Notes: generated by a model from the letters alone, not told the origin. Positions 1 to 10,036 are shown, counted from the stretch's first letter. The stretch is DNA of 45,374 nucleotides from Bacillota bacterium (GCA_022717655.1 JAIIAN010000001.1:1-45374); one strand, 5' to 3'. A program made the numbers and translations.

Positions 1-16
1 ACTCAGGAGGAAAACA

Positions 17-1126
17 ATGTCTATCTCTGAAAAAATAAAAAATGAAATCGTACCTCAGTTTCTGTATAACGGTACATTTATTTATGAAGAACCATTTGGC
101 TGTGGTCACATCAACAGTACATTTGCCGTTTATTTCAGCCGTGAAACGAAACCGCCTGTCCGCTACATCCTTCAGGCTATCAATACTTCTATTTTTAAAG
201 ACCCTTATGGATTGATGGAAAATATTGAAGGCGTTACTTCTCACTTAAGGAAAAAATTAATTGAGCAGGGAAAAGACCCAAGCCGTGGAACTCTTACTGT
301 TATTCCTACAAAATCCGGCTCTTCCCTTTTTAAAGACAGCGAAGGGGTTTACTGGAGAAGCTATACTTTTATTGAAGATGCAACCTGCTATCAGACCATT
401 TCTTCTCCTGAAATCTTCAAAAATGCCGCAAAAGCGTTTGGACATTTTCAGAAACTGCTTGCCGACTATCCAGCTGACACCCTGCATGAAATCATCCCAA
501 ATTTCCATAACACTCCATCCCGCTATGAAGATTTTAAAGCGGCCATAAAAGCAGATAAAAAAGGTCGTGCAAAAAATGTACAGCAGGAAATCGAATTTTA
601 TCTGGAGCGTGAAACCGACGGAAAAACAGTAGTTGATGCCATCAATGCCGGAAAACTTCCACTTCGTGTAACCCATAATGATACAAAGCTGAACAACATT
701 ATGATGGACAATACCACAAACGAGGGAATCTGCGTCATTGATTTGGATACCGTAATGCCCGGTTCTGTTTTATACGATTTTGGTGACAGCATCCGTTTTG
801 GCGCAAGCACTGCTGCCGAGGATGAAATTGATTTAACCAAAGTTTCCATGAGCTTAGAGCTCTTTGAAGCTTACACTGCCGGTTTTCTTTCTGAAGCAGG
901 CGATTCTTTAACAAAAGAAGAAATTGAACTGATTCCATTTTCTGCAAAACTGATGACTCTCGAATGTGGACTTCGTTTCCTTACTGATTATTTAAATGGG
1001 GATACCTACTTTAAAATTCAAAGAGAACATCATAATCTTGACCGCACCCGTACTCAGATGATTCTGGTTGCTGACATGGAACGTAAAATGGATGATATGA
1101 AACAGATTGTCACAAAATACGTCTAA
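17..1126 (+). CDS. APH/choline-kinase-fold phosphotransferase, N-acetylhexosamine 1-kinase (NahK/LnpB)-like
   Basis: Motifs GCGHINSTF, LQAINTSIF, HNDTKLNN and VIDLDT; RBS AGGAGG upstream of ATG 17. Confidence 0.75.
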   Translation: MSISEKIKNEIVPQFLYNGTFIYEEPFGCGHINSTFAVYFSRETKPPVRYILQAINTSIFKDPYGLMENIEGVTSHLRKKLIEQGKDPSRGTLTVIPTKSGSSLFKDSEGVYWRSYTFIEDATCYQTISSPEIFKNAAKAFGHFQKLLADYPADTLHEIIPNFHNTPSRYEDFKAAIKADKKGRAKNVQQEIEFYLERETDGKTVVDAINAGKLPLRVTHNDTKLNNIMMDNTTNEGICVIDLDTVMPGSVLYDFGDSIRFGASTAAEDEIDLTKVSMSLELFEAYTAGFLSEAGDSLTKEEIELIPFSAKLMTLECGLRFLTDYLNGDTYFKIQREHHNLDRTRTQMILVADMERKMDDMKQIVTKYV

Positions 1127-1165
1127 ACTTTCTCTGTTCAACTGAAATTTAAGGAGGAATTCTTT

Positions 1166-1993
1166 ATGGAGCAGACAATTTCAATCGAGAAGATTTTAAA
1201 AGAACTTTATCACATATCCGGTTTCCGTATCAGTGTTTACGATACTTATTTTCAGGAAATTGCTGCTTTCCCGAAAGAACTCGGCTGTCTCTGTTCTCTG
1301 ATACAGAAAAATCCGGAAGGTCGAAAACACTGCGTAGAACAGGATATCATGGCATTTCATAAAGTACAGGATGAAAAACGGCTTCACATTTATAAATGCC
1401 ACTTAGGACTATATGAGGCAGTTGCCCCGCTTTATAGTTTCGGTACTTTAACCGGATATCTGATGATGGGTCAGACTATGGATAAAGGAAAAGAAGCTGC
1501 AAGACAAACTTTTAAAAAGGCACTTCCTTATATGGAAGAAGACGAATACGATTTGCTGAAAGATGCTATCGCACAGATTCCGGTCAGTGACCGCCAGACC
1601 ATTGATTCTCTTGTCACAATTATGGAAATCTGCGCCCAGTACATTACCCTTACAAACCGTATGCAGTTAACCAAAAAAGAACTGGTTTCGGAAGTACACA
1701 GCTACATTGAAGAACGCTATGGACAGCATATCACCATTGATAATCTGTGTTCTCAATTCTTCTGTAGTCGTTCTTCCCTTACCAGAAAATTCAAAGAGAC
1801 TTACGGAATTTCGATTCATACCCATATCAGTGAAGTCCGGATTAGAAACAGCTGTCACTTATTAGAGTCATCTGATTTGAGTATTGGAGAAATCGCTTTC
1901 CGCTGTGGATATAATGACCAGAATTATTTTACCCGTGCCTTTTACAAATCAAAAAAAATGACCCCAAGGGATTATCGAAAGAAATTCCGTTAG
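1166..1993 (+). CDS. AraC-family regulator with N-terminal PocR sensor domain
   Basis: PocR-like N-terminus (CSLIQ...C...YKCHLGLYEAVAP..GYLMMGQ); C-terminal AraC HTH (IGEIAFRCGYNDQNYFTRAF...TPRDYR); RBS AAGGAGG. Confidence 0.85.
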   Translation: MEQTISIEKILKELYHISGFRISVYDTYFQEIAAFPKELGCLCSLIQKNPEGRKHCVEQDIMAFHKVQDEKRLHIYKCHLGLYEAVAPLYSFGTLTGYLMMGQTMDKGKEAARQTFKKALPYMEEDEYDLLKDAIAQIPVSDRQTIDSLVTIMEICAQYITLTNRMQLTKKELVSEVHSYIEERYGQHITIDNLCSQFFCSRSSLTRKFKETYGISIHTHISEVRIRNSCHLLESSDLSIGEIAFRCGYNDQNYFTRAFYKSKKMTPRDYRKKFR

Positions 1994-2022
1994 GGTACTT
2001 TAAACGCTTAATCAATTTTAAC

Positions 2023-2066
2023 AAAAACCGTTACCACTTTTTTTAATTTAAGTAACAACGGTTTTT
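2023..2066. terminator. Intrinsic terminator between convergent araC and prsA genes, probably bidirectional
   Basis: Inverted repeat AAAAACCGTTaccACTT / AAGTaacAACGGTTTTT; fully paired with G-U on the minus strand; T-tracts on both sides. Confidence 0.8.
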
Positions 2067-2075
2067 TCTTTTTTA

Positions 2076-3302
2076 TTATTCTGCAGTTTCTGTTGTTTCG
2101 GTATCAGCATTTTCACCTGCATCTGTATTCTCATCTGCCTGTGTACTGTCAGAGGATTCCTCTGTTGTTTCGGTTGTTTCTGTAATATCTGTACTTTCGG
2201 TTGTTTCCGAACTATCTGTTGTTTCGCTTGATGTATCAGCCTGTTTGAAGCTGTAAACATCTTTATCTGTTAATGTTACTGTTTTCCATACTTTTTTATC
2301 GATTGTAATTTTTGTTTTCTTTGCCCATTTTTTAAGCAGGTCATTGTATGCATCCTGTTTTCTTTCTTTTACAATGCTGTCTTTTTTTGTCTGAGTAGAA
2401 TCTTTATCAAAAACACTGTCCATACGGACTACATAGTATCCGTCACTGCCTTCGATAACATCAGAAGCAAGCTGACCATCTTCTGTCAGTTCTTTTGCTG
2501 CTTTCATTACATCAGCATCAAGAGAGGAATCTTCATCGTCTTCATTTGTGCTGTAAGTTGCTGTAGAAGAACTAAGAGACTCATCCACTCCTTTTGCAAG
2601 ACTGTCCACATCTGCGCCGGCAATATCTTCCTGCGCTTTTATTTTATCTAATACCTGCTGTGCCTGGTCTTTCTTTGCAGCCTTTTCTTCATCCGTCAAC
2701 TCTGTAGAATTTCCCTCATCATCTGTAGTCGCCGCTGTAGAAACCTTACAGTACGTAATTTTACTCTGCTGTGCTTCTTTATCTTCTACATTGGTATCTA
2801 CATCAGCTGTCATCGGGTCATACATCTTTGTCTGATAGCTGTATAACTCAAGCAGTTTTTCAATATCAGACTGAGCCACTGCAAGTTTTGCAATCGTTTC
2901 TGCATCATTGTCTGTCATAAATTTTTCTGCTGCGGCTTTTAATTCTTTCTGTTCTTCATCTGTGATGGTCACATCATAATCTTTTGCATGCTGTTCTAAC
3001 AGTACCAGATTATGGAGCTGGTCCATGATATCCTCTTTGGTGCTTTCTGCATAAGTTTTGCCATCATCACCTTTATTTTCCCACATTCCTGTAGTGGACG
3101 TTCCAAACATGGAATAGTAAGACATCATCTGAGCCTGTGTCATACGAAGCATCATATTCACTGTTCCGGCTGTAATTTCTTCCTTTCCAACCGTCGCTAC
3201 TGTCTTTGTTCCATCTAATGTACTTCCACATCCAGTTAAACCGGTCATTGTCAATGTTGCCGCAAGAGTGGTGCAGGCAAGAACCCTTCCTAATTTATTC
3301 AT
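2076..3302 (-). CDS. PrsA/SurA-like foldase lipoprotein (parvulin-type PPIase-like) with an acidic Thr/Glu-rich tail
   Basis: Lipobox LTGC; VATVGKEEIT; SDVIEGSDGYYVVRM; position downstream of mfd as in the clostridial pth-mfd-prsA order. Confidence 0.7.
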   Translation of the reverse strand: MNKLGRVLACTTLAATLTMTGLTGCGSTLDGTKTVATVGKEEITAGTVNMMLRMTQAQMMSYYSMFGTSTTGMWENKGDDGKTYAESTKEDIMDQLHNLVLLEQHAKDYDVTITDEEQKELKAAAEKFMTDNDAETIAKLAVAQSDIEKLLELYSYQTKMYDPMTADVDTNVEDKEAQQSKITYCKVSTAATTDDEGNSTELTDEEKAAKKDQAQQVLDKIKAQEDIAGADVDSLAKGVDESLSSSTATYSTNEDDEDSSLDADVMKAAKELTEDGQLASDVIEGSDGYYVVRMDSVFDKDSTQTKKDSIVKERKQDAYNDLLKKWAKKTKITIDKKVWKTVTLTDKDVYSFKQADTSSETTDSSETTESTDITETTETTEESSDSTQADENTDAGENADTETTETAE

Positions 3303-3374
3303 AACTTCCTCCCGTATTTTCTATAATTTCGTTCAAACGATTGTAAAATCTGATGTACTTGTTAAGTATAATCT

Positions 3375-6300
3375 TTATTGTCCCTTTGGGCAAGGGATTT
3401 TTTGTGAATTTTCTGGTAATAATGCCTCAAATTCATGAAGAATTTGCGGAACAAGGTCAAGTGCCTTATAGAACTCTTTCGATTTTCTTCCCTTTAATGA
3501 AATCAGAAAGTAAAATTCTTTTCCTGTCCGCACAGACATCTGGTCTTTATACTTTTCCAAAATCGCAGGAATCTCTTCGGTTTTTAACTTTCCACGCTCA
3601 AACATCGTTACCTTTACTTCCTGATTGGTCTGCTTGATTTCTTTTACATAAACCCTGTGTGCAAGTGCTTTTAAATTTGCAATCGCAAGCAGATTCTGTA
3701 CTGCCTTTGGCGGTTCTCCAAAACGGTCCATTAACTCTTCTAACATATCTTCATATTCTTCTTCATTTTCAATTCCGGCAATCCGCTTATAAATATCCAG
3801 TTTCTGATATTCATTTGGAATATATTTTGGCGGAATGTAGGCATCCATATCTAAATCAATCGTTGTCTCAAATTCTTCTGCCTGTTCGATTCCTTTTTCT
3901 TCCTGAACCGCTTCATTTAACATTTTACAGTACAAATCATATCCCACCGCTTCGAGATGTCCATGCTGTTCTGCACCTAGAAGATTTCCCGCACCACGAA
4001 TTTCCAAATCTCGCATCGCAATCTTAAATCCACTTCCCAAATCCGTAAATTCTCGAATCGCATGCAGTCTTTTTTCTGCTACTTCTTTTAACACCTTGTC
4101 TTTTTTATACATTAAAAAGGCATACGAAGTGCGGTTGGAACGCCCTACACGTCCACGAAGCTGATAAAGCTGGGACAGCCCAAGCCGGTCCGAATCATGA
4201 ATAATCATGGTATTTGCATTTGAAATATCAAGACCTGTCTCAATAATCGTGGTGGATACCAGCACGTCAATTTCTCCATTGATAAATCCATACATAATTT
4301 TTTCCAACTGATGTTCCGGCATCTGACCGTGTGCAAAGGCTACCTTTGCATCCGGTACTAACTTTGCTATCCGATTTGTAATTTCATCAATATCATTGAC
4401 ACGATTATAGACATAATAGACCTGTCCACCCCTTGCCAGCTCGCGGTTAATCGCCTCTCTTACCATCTCTTCGTTATATTCCATTACGTAAGTCTGAATC
4501 GGCATACGGTCCATCGGTGCTTCTTCTAATACACTCATATCACGGATTCCAATCAGGCTCATGTGCAGGGTTCTCGGAATCGGGGTTGCCGTCAGCGTCA
4601 ATACATCCACATTTTCTTTGAGCTTTTTGATTTTTTCTTTATGCGTCACGCCAAACCGCTGTTCCTCATCCACAATCAACATTCCCAAATCTTTATAGAC
4701 CACATCTTTTGACAATAATCGATGCGTTCCGATTACGATATCCACAAACCCTTTTTTCAAATCCTCAATAGTTTTTCTTTGTTCTGCCGGAGTCTTAAAC
4801 CGACAAAGCAAATCAATCCGCACCGGAAAATCTTTCATTCTCTGGACAAAGGTATTGTAATGCTGTTGTGCAAGAATGGTTGTCGGAACAAGATAGACCA
4901 CCTGCTTATCTTCCTGAACCGCTTTAAATGCCGCACGAATTGCAATTTCGGTCTTTCCATATCCGACATCCCCGCAGACCAGACGATCCATAATCTTGTT
5001 ACTTTCCATATCTTTTTTAGTCGCTTCGATTGCCGCTAACTGATCATCCGTCTCCTCAAATGGAAACATTTCTTCAAATTCTTTCTGCCAGACCGTATCC
5101 GGCTCATAGCAGTAGCCATTTTTTTCCTGCCTTGCAGCATAAAGAGCAACCAAATCTTTTGCAATATTTTTTACTGCGCCACGTACTTTTGTTTTAGTCT
5201 TGTTCCATTCCTGACCGCCTAATTTATTTAACTTTGGCGCACGAGCCTCCGCTCCGGCATATTTCTGCAGTAAATCCAACTGGGTTGCCAGAATATATAA
5301 ATTGCTGTTACCAGCATATTCGATTTTAATATAATCTTTTATCACTTTATCTACGGTAACTTTTTCAATTCCACGGTAAATTCCCAGTCCATGATTTTCA
5401 TGAACCACATAATCTCCAATGGAAAGTTCTGAAAAGCTCTGAATTTTCTTTCCGCTGTACTCGGTTTTCTTCCGCTTCTTTTTCTTCTCTTTCCCGAAAA
5501 TGTCACTCTCGGTAATCAGTACAAAACGCACCATCGGATATTCAAATCCACTTCTCGCATACCCATAAGTCGTTACAATCTCGCCCTCATGAATTTCACG
5601 ATTTCTATCTTCCGTGTAAACAGCCGTCAAATCCTCATTTAATAAATCCTGAGCCAGACGTTTTGCCCTTGTCCTTGAACCGGACAATAATAACACCTGA
5701 TACCCCTGCTTTTTCCATTTTTTTAAATCTTTTACCAGAAGTTCAAAGCTGTTATTGTACGAATTAACCGATTTGGTTGTCAGATAAAACGACTCATTTA
5801 CCTGCCAGTCCTCTTTCTGCTGTTCCATCGTACAGATTCCAATACCGTTTTTCTGATTGATTTTATGAACCAGCAGTTTTTTTCCGCACAATAAATCCGT
5901 CTGTCCTGCCAGAAGATAGCCTTTTTCCAGGCGGTGCTTCATACTCTCACGAAATTCGGTTTCCACTGCTTCCACACTTGACAGAAGATGATTTGTTTCG
6001 TCTAAAAAAAGGAGTGTATCCTCCTCTTCAAAATAGTCTAAAAAAGTGACTGGTTCTTTATAAAAATACCGAATAAAATGTTCTGCTGATGAAAAATCAC
6101 GATACTCCCGCATGGAATTAATAGCTTCATTTACCGTATTCTTGATACGTCCGGCTTCTTCCGGCAAAAGGGCATCCCGAAATGCCTGCATCGTCTTACT
6201 CAGCTCTTTTTCAATGGATTTTAGTCCTTTTTCTAAAACCGAATCATCCAGCACCATTTCTTCTGCCGGATAAATCGTAATCTCGTCCAGATTTTCAATG

Positions 6301-6932
6301 GAACGCTGGCTCTCGGCATCAAAACTGCGGATAGAATCAATTTCATCGCCCCACATTTCGATTCGCACCGGATTCTCCTCGGTCAAAAGAAAGATATCCA
6401 CAATTCCACCGCGCATGGCAAACTGCCCTGGTGCTTCTGCCTGCGCATTGTACTCAAATCCCATATCAATCAAGTCTTTTTTTAATGCTTCCGTATCGAG
6501 CACACTGTCATTTTTAAAATGCAGGACATGTTTTTCTAGTACGGAAAGTGGAAGAAGATAATCCATACAGCCACTGATGCTTGTCACCACCGTCACACTC
6601 TTTTTTTCCAAAAGTGCTGCAATCACCTGCATCCGCTGTTTCGTAAGCAGATTTCCATGAATATCCGCATCAAAGAAAATTAAATCTCTCGCCGGATAGT
6701 AAAATACATCCGGATAGTAAAATTTTAAATCTTCGTACAGCTCTTTTGCTTTTAATTCATTTTCCGCAATGACAAGACGGTTCTTCTTTTCCTGACCCAG
6801 TCCATAAATCACATGCGCTTTTTGTGAATCAATACATCCGGCAAGCTGTAAAATTCCACGATTTTTCTCTATTCTGTTTTTAATTTCTTCGTATTCACCA
6901 AGTTTTGAAAGTGGCTGCAAAAGTGCCTGCAT
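3375..6932 (-). CDS. mfd: Transcription-repair coupling factor
   Basis: 1185 aa; GDYVVHENHGLG (RID), GDVGYGKT, DEEQRFG, TATPIPRT, QLRGRVGR, RDLEIRGAGN. Confidence 0.98.
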   Translation of the reverse strand: MQALLQPLSKLGEYEEIKNRIEKNRGILQLAGCIDSQKAHVIYGLGQEKKNRLVIAENELKAKELYEDLKFYYPDVFYYPARDLIFFDADIHGNLLTKQRMQVIAALLEKKSVTVVTSISGCMDYLLPLSVLEKHVLHFKNDSVLDTEALKKDLIDMGFEYNAQAEAPGQFAMRGGIVDIFLLTEENPVRIEMWGDEIDSIRSFDAESQRSIENLDEITIYPAEEMVLDDSVLEKGLKSIEKELSKTMQAFRDALLPEEAGRIKNTVNEAINSMREYRDFSSAEHFIRYFYKEPVTFLDYFEEEDTLLFLDETNHLLSSVEAVETEFRESMKHRLEKGYLLAGQTDLLCGKKLLVHKINQKNGIGICTMEQQKEDWQVNESFYLTTKSVNSYNNSFELLVKDLKKWKKQGYQVLLLSGSRTRAKRLAQDLLNEDLTAVYTEDRNREIHEGEIVTTYGYARSGFEYPMVRFVLITESDIFGKEKKKKRKKTEYSGKKIQSFSELSIGDYVVHENHGLGIYRGIEKVTVDKVIKDYIKIEYAGNSNLYILATQLDLLQKYAGAEARAPKLNKLGGQEWNKTKTKVRGAVKNIAKDLVALYAARQEKNGYCYEPDTVWQKEFEEMFPFEETDDQLAAIEATKKDMESNKIMDRLVCGDVGYGKTEIAIRAAFKAVQEDKQVVYLVPTTILAQQHYNTFVQRMKDFPVRIDLLCRFKTPAEQRKTIEDLKKGFVDIVIGTHRLLSKDVVYKDLGMLIVDEEQRFGVTHKEKIKKLKENVDVLTLTATPIPRTLHMSLIGIRDMSVLEEAPMDRMPIQTYVMEYNEEMVREAINRELARGGQVYYVYNRVNDIDEITNRIAKLVPDAKVAFAHGQMPEHQLEKIMYGFINGEIDVLVSTTIIETGLDISNANTMIIHDSDRLGLSQLYQLRGRVGRSNRTSYAFLMYKKDKVLKEVAEKRLHAIREFTDLGSGFKIAMRDLEIRGAGNLLGAEQHGHLEAVGYDLYCKMLNEAVQEEKGIEQAEEFETTIDLDMDAYIPPKYIPNEYQKLDIYKRIAGIENEEEYEDMLEELMDRFGEPPKAVQNLLAIANLKALAHRVYVKEIKQTNQEVKVTMFERGKLKTEEIPAILEKYKDQMSVRTGKEFYFLISLKGRKSKEFYKALDLVPQILHEFEALLPENSQKIPCPKGQ

Positions 6933-7026
6933 GTTTTCTCCCTCAATTATTCTGTACTCCTGAAATCTTTCCAGTCCTTCTGCACATTCAAGTATGGAAA
7001 AATTTCAAGAGCCCATGATTTTTACA

Positions 7027-7599
7027 TTATTTCTTTTTTGCGTTATAACGGTTCATGGCAGTTTCAATGCCTTCTTCTAAAATCAATTCCACCGCATCCG
7101 CAGCTTCTTTGATTGCTTCATCGACCAGGACACGCTCGTCTTTATCAAAATGTCCCAGTACATAGTCCGCCAAATCCCATCCTTTTGGTTTTGCTCCGAC
7201 TCCGACCTTAATTCGGTAGAAATTTTGAGTTCCAAGCTGGGCAATAATGTTTTTGATTCCATTGTGTCCACCGGCACTGCCTTTTTTACGGATTCTGATT
7301 TGTCCTGGGTCTAAATCAATATCATCATAGATGACAATCAATTCTGTCTCTGCATCCATTTTATAATAATTGATTAATTCCCTGACTGCCTCTCCGCTTA
7401 AATTCATATAAGTCATCGGCTTTGCGAGAATGACTTTTTCTCCGGCAATCATTCCTTTGCCATACATCGCTTTTCGGTCAATTCCAGAGCCGGCAATCCG
7501 ATGACGGTCTATCAATTCATCAATGGTATCAAATCCCATATTGTGACGGGTTTTATCATACTGTTTTCCTGGATTTCCAAGTCCTACTATTAAATACAT
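7027..7599 (-). CDS. pth: Peptidyl-tRNA hydrolase
   Basis: LIVGLGNPG..Y..TRHN.GF, KPMTYMNLSG, GSAGGHNG. Confidence 0.98.
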   Translation of the reverse strand: MYLIVGLGNPGKQYDKTRHNMGFDTIDELIDRHRIAGSGIDRKAMYGKGMIAGEKVILAKPMTYMNLSGEAVRELINYYKMDAETELIVIYDDIDLDPGQIRIRKKGSAGGHNGIKNIIAQLGTQNFYRIKVGVGAKPKGWDLADYVLGHFDKDERVLVDEAIKEAADAVELILEEGIETAMNRYNAKKK

Positions 7600-7608
7600 A
7601 TCAACCTC

Positions 7609-8559
7609 TTAACTAAAATATACCAATTCGTCTTTTAACGGTTCTGTTTCTTCCACAGAAATCGCATAGAGCACCGGACCAGTTTCTCCGTAAGCCGGTA
7701 CAAATTCATACTTCACCTTGGCTACGACATTCACCCATTTTCCGGTTTTTAAATGACGTGCCTCATCGCTCTTGCAGACAAATCCTAAAAATGTGGTATC
7801 ATCTGCACAGCATGTCATTGCCATACGTCCTGGTACAAATTCATTTTTAGCAAATTCTCTGGATTTTAACACCATTCCGGTAAAGGAAACTTTCTTTCCA
7901 TTATAAGTATCCGCATGGTCTCTTGCATCCAGATACCAGATTCCATAATCTTCATTTGGAATTTCAATCGTCTCTGCATTGACATCAAATGGCATTTCAC
8001 CGTCAAAAATATCTTCGATTTCGCCCTCTTCATCCTCAAAAATCAGTTCTGCGCTTGGATTTACCACCTTGATGCTTCTCCTGAAGTTTGCAAGTGGAAG
8101 TTCGGTATCTGCACGGTTAAATAATACCAAATCTGCATTTCTTACCATTTCCATAAACAGAGATTTCATATTGTTGAGATAAACCTGGAAGGTACTCGCA
8201 TCGACTGTCACAATATGCTGTTCGATTCCCCATCCAGACGGGAATGTCAGTTCTTCTAATTTACTTACCTGCCACATTCCATTGTATTCAATGATAACTC
8301 GACCCGGATTATAAAATGCATCATAAGCAACCAGACGCTCTGTAGTCAGTTCTTCAATGCTGTCGATTACTTCTACAGAAGTACGGCTTTTTTTCAGCAC
8401 TTTTTTATCGTATTCCTCTTCACCCTCCTCACAGAGAATTAAAAGAGTCGGTTCATCAATCTGGAAATAATCCTGTGCGAGTGTAAAATTCAAAAATGAT
8501 GTTTTTCCACTCTCAAGAAAACCTGTCATAAGGTAAATCGGTACTTTAAATTCATCCAT
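7609..8559 (-). CDS. CobW-like P-loop protein fused to a TIGR03943/DUF1980-like C-terminal domain
   Basis: GFLESGKTS Walker A, IIEYNG, VDAST, LVLFNR; C-terminal GRMAMTCCADD motif. Start placed at ATG 8559 (RBS AAGAAAGG) instead of the ORF-track 8616. Confidence 0.75.
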   Translation of the reverse strand: MDEFKVPIYLMTGFLESGKTSFLNFTLAQDYFQIDEPTLLILCEEGEEEYDKKVLKKSRTSVEVIDSIEELTTERLVAYDAFYNPGRVIIEYNGMWQVSKLEELTFPSGWGIEQHIVTVDASTFQVYLNNMKSLFMEMVRNADLVLFNRADTELPLANFRRSIKVVNPSAELIFEDEEGEIEDIFDGEMPFDVNAETIEIPNEDYGIWYLDARDHADTYNGKKVSFTGMVLKSREFAKNEFVPGRMAMTCCADDTTFLGFVCKSDEARHLKTGKWVNVVAKVKYEFVPAYGETGPVLYAISVEETEPLKDELVYFS

Positions 8560-8586
8560 TTTTTTATAACCTTTCTTAAATATCAT

Positions 8587-8682
8587 GATGTGAGTGCCAA
8601 CCTTTAAGTTCAACACTCACATCTTAATCTTATTTGTCTCGTTTTTGTATTGTTATCTCTCGTACTTTTGACACTTACAGTC
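8587..8682. mobile_element. Degenerate, internally deleted copy of the MITE at 42559-42769
   Basis: Left end GATGTGAGTGcCAA with local hairpin to ACACTCACATC (8587-8623); TACTTTTGACACTTACA at 8663-8679 is identical to 42751-42767. Confidence 0.65.
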
Positions 8683-8717
8683 AAGTTGAAGCAGGAGACT
8701 TTCTTGATTCGGTCAAA

Positions 8718-9911
8718 TTATGCAAGACCAAATAATTTGGCCAGGTTTGCTTCATTCATCTTAGAGCCAATGACACAGATTCTTCCTGTGTATTCCGGTG
8801 CACCTTCACGTACATCAGCTTCACCTGGAACCATATCAAAGTAAATCCACTGTCCATCTTCGCCTTCTACCATACCTTTTGCACGCAGTACCATTCCGTA
8901 CTCGTCATTATGATTAGAAAGTGCTTCCAGAATTTCATGAATTCCTTCTTTTGTATATTTCTTTGTTGTCTCTTTGCCCCAGCTTGTGAACACTTCATCT
9001 GCATGATGGTGATGATGATGTTCGTGGTCATGATCGTATCCACATCCACATTCTTCATGGTCGTGGTCATGATGATGTTCATGCTCGTGATCGTGGTCGT
9101 GTCCGCATCCACATTCTTCATGGTCATGATGATGTTCATGCTCGTGATCATGGTCGTGTCCGCATCCACACTCTTCATGGTCATGGTCGTGATGGTGTTC
9201 ATGCTCGTGATCATGGTCGTGTCCGCATCCACACTCTTCATGGTCATGGTCGTGGTCATGATGTCCACCGCATACTGGGCACACTTCCTCTTCCATTAAT
9301 TCTTTTTCCAAAGAGCGGTTATTTTCCATTGTATCCAAAATCTTTTCTCCAGAAAGTTTTTCAATCGGAGTTGTGATAACTGCTGCTGTCTGATTCAGTC
9401 CACGGATAATCTCAAGTGCTGTTGCAATTTTTTCTTCAGATGCTTTATCGGTTCTGCTTAAGATAACAGTTCCTGCATACTCAATCTGGTTGCTGAAAAA
9501 TTCACCGAAGTTTTTCATATACATTTTGCATTTTGTTGCATCCACTACAGTTGTAAAGCTGTTTAACTTGATTTCTACTTCGTTTTCAATTTTCTGAACA
9601 GCTTTGATAACATCAGAAAGTTTTCCAACACCTGATGGTTCGATTACGATACGCTGTGGTTCATATTTTGCGATTACTTCTTTTAAAGCAGTTCCAAAAT
9701 CACCCACTAAAGAACAGCAGATACAGCCGGAATTCATTTCACGAATCTCTACTCCTGCTTCTTTTAAGAAACCGCCGTCGATACCGATTTCACCAAATTC
9801 ATTTTCAATGAGAACAACCTGCTCGCCTTTATATGCCTCTTTTAATAACTTTTTAATCAATGTTGTTTTACCTGCTCCAAGAAATCCTGAAAAAATATCA
9901 ATTTTTGTCAT
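8718..9911 (-). CDS. CobW/COG0523 (G3E family) metallochaperone GTPase with a His/Cys-rich insert
   Basis: GFLGAGKTT, ENEFGEIGID, GCICC, EPSG, C-terminal LRAKG. ATG 9911 is best spaced from RBS AAAGGAAG. Confidence 0.92.
   Translation of the reverse strand: MTKIDIFSGFLGAGKTTLIKKLLKEAYKGEQVVLIENEFGEIGIDGGFLKEAGVEIREMNSGCICCSLVGDFGTALKEVIAKYEPQRIVIEPSGVGKLSDVIKAVQKIENEVEIKLNSFTTVVDATKCKMYMKNFGEFFSNQIEYAGTVILSRTDKASEEKIATALEIIRGLNQTAAVITTPIEKLSGEKILDTMENNRSLEKELMEEEVCPVCGGHHDHDHDHEECGCGHDHDHEHEHHHDHDHEECGCGHDHDHEHEHHHDHEECGCGHDHDHEHEHHHDHDHEECGCGYDHDHEHHHHHHADEVFTSWGKETTKKYTKEGIHEILEALSNHNDEYGMVLRAKGMVEGEDGQWIYFDMVPGEADVREGAPEYTGRICVIGSKMNEANLAKLFGLA
9004..9284 (-). repeat. Coding tandem repeat, four EECGCG-(His/Asp/Glu)n units
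   Basis: CCACA(T/C)TCTTCATGG recurs at 9046, 9109, 9166 and 9229 (periods 63, 57, 63 nt). Confidence 0.95.
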
Positions 9912-10036
9912 CTTCAATTACTTCCTTTCCAAAACAAATGTTTAAAGACTCCAAGCGTACATTTTGTATAGCACGGTAAAAGGGGACGAAAGTTCCACTT
10001 TCAGTACTTCCGCCCCTGTTTATCATCTATTTTAGG

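Noticed and set aside
8867..9299. Alternative-frame and antisense ORFs (133 aa, 129 aa) rich in M/T/V
   Set aside because: Artefacts of the stop-free His/Asp codon repeat inside cobW.
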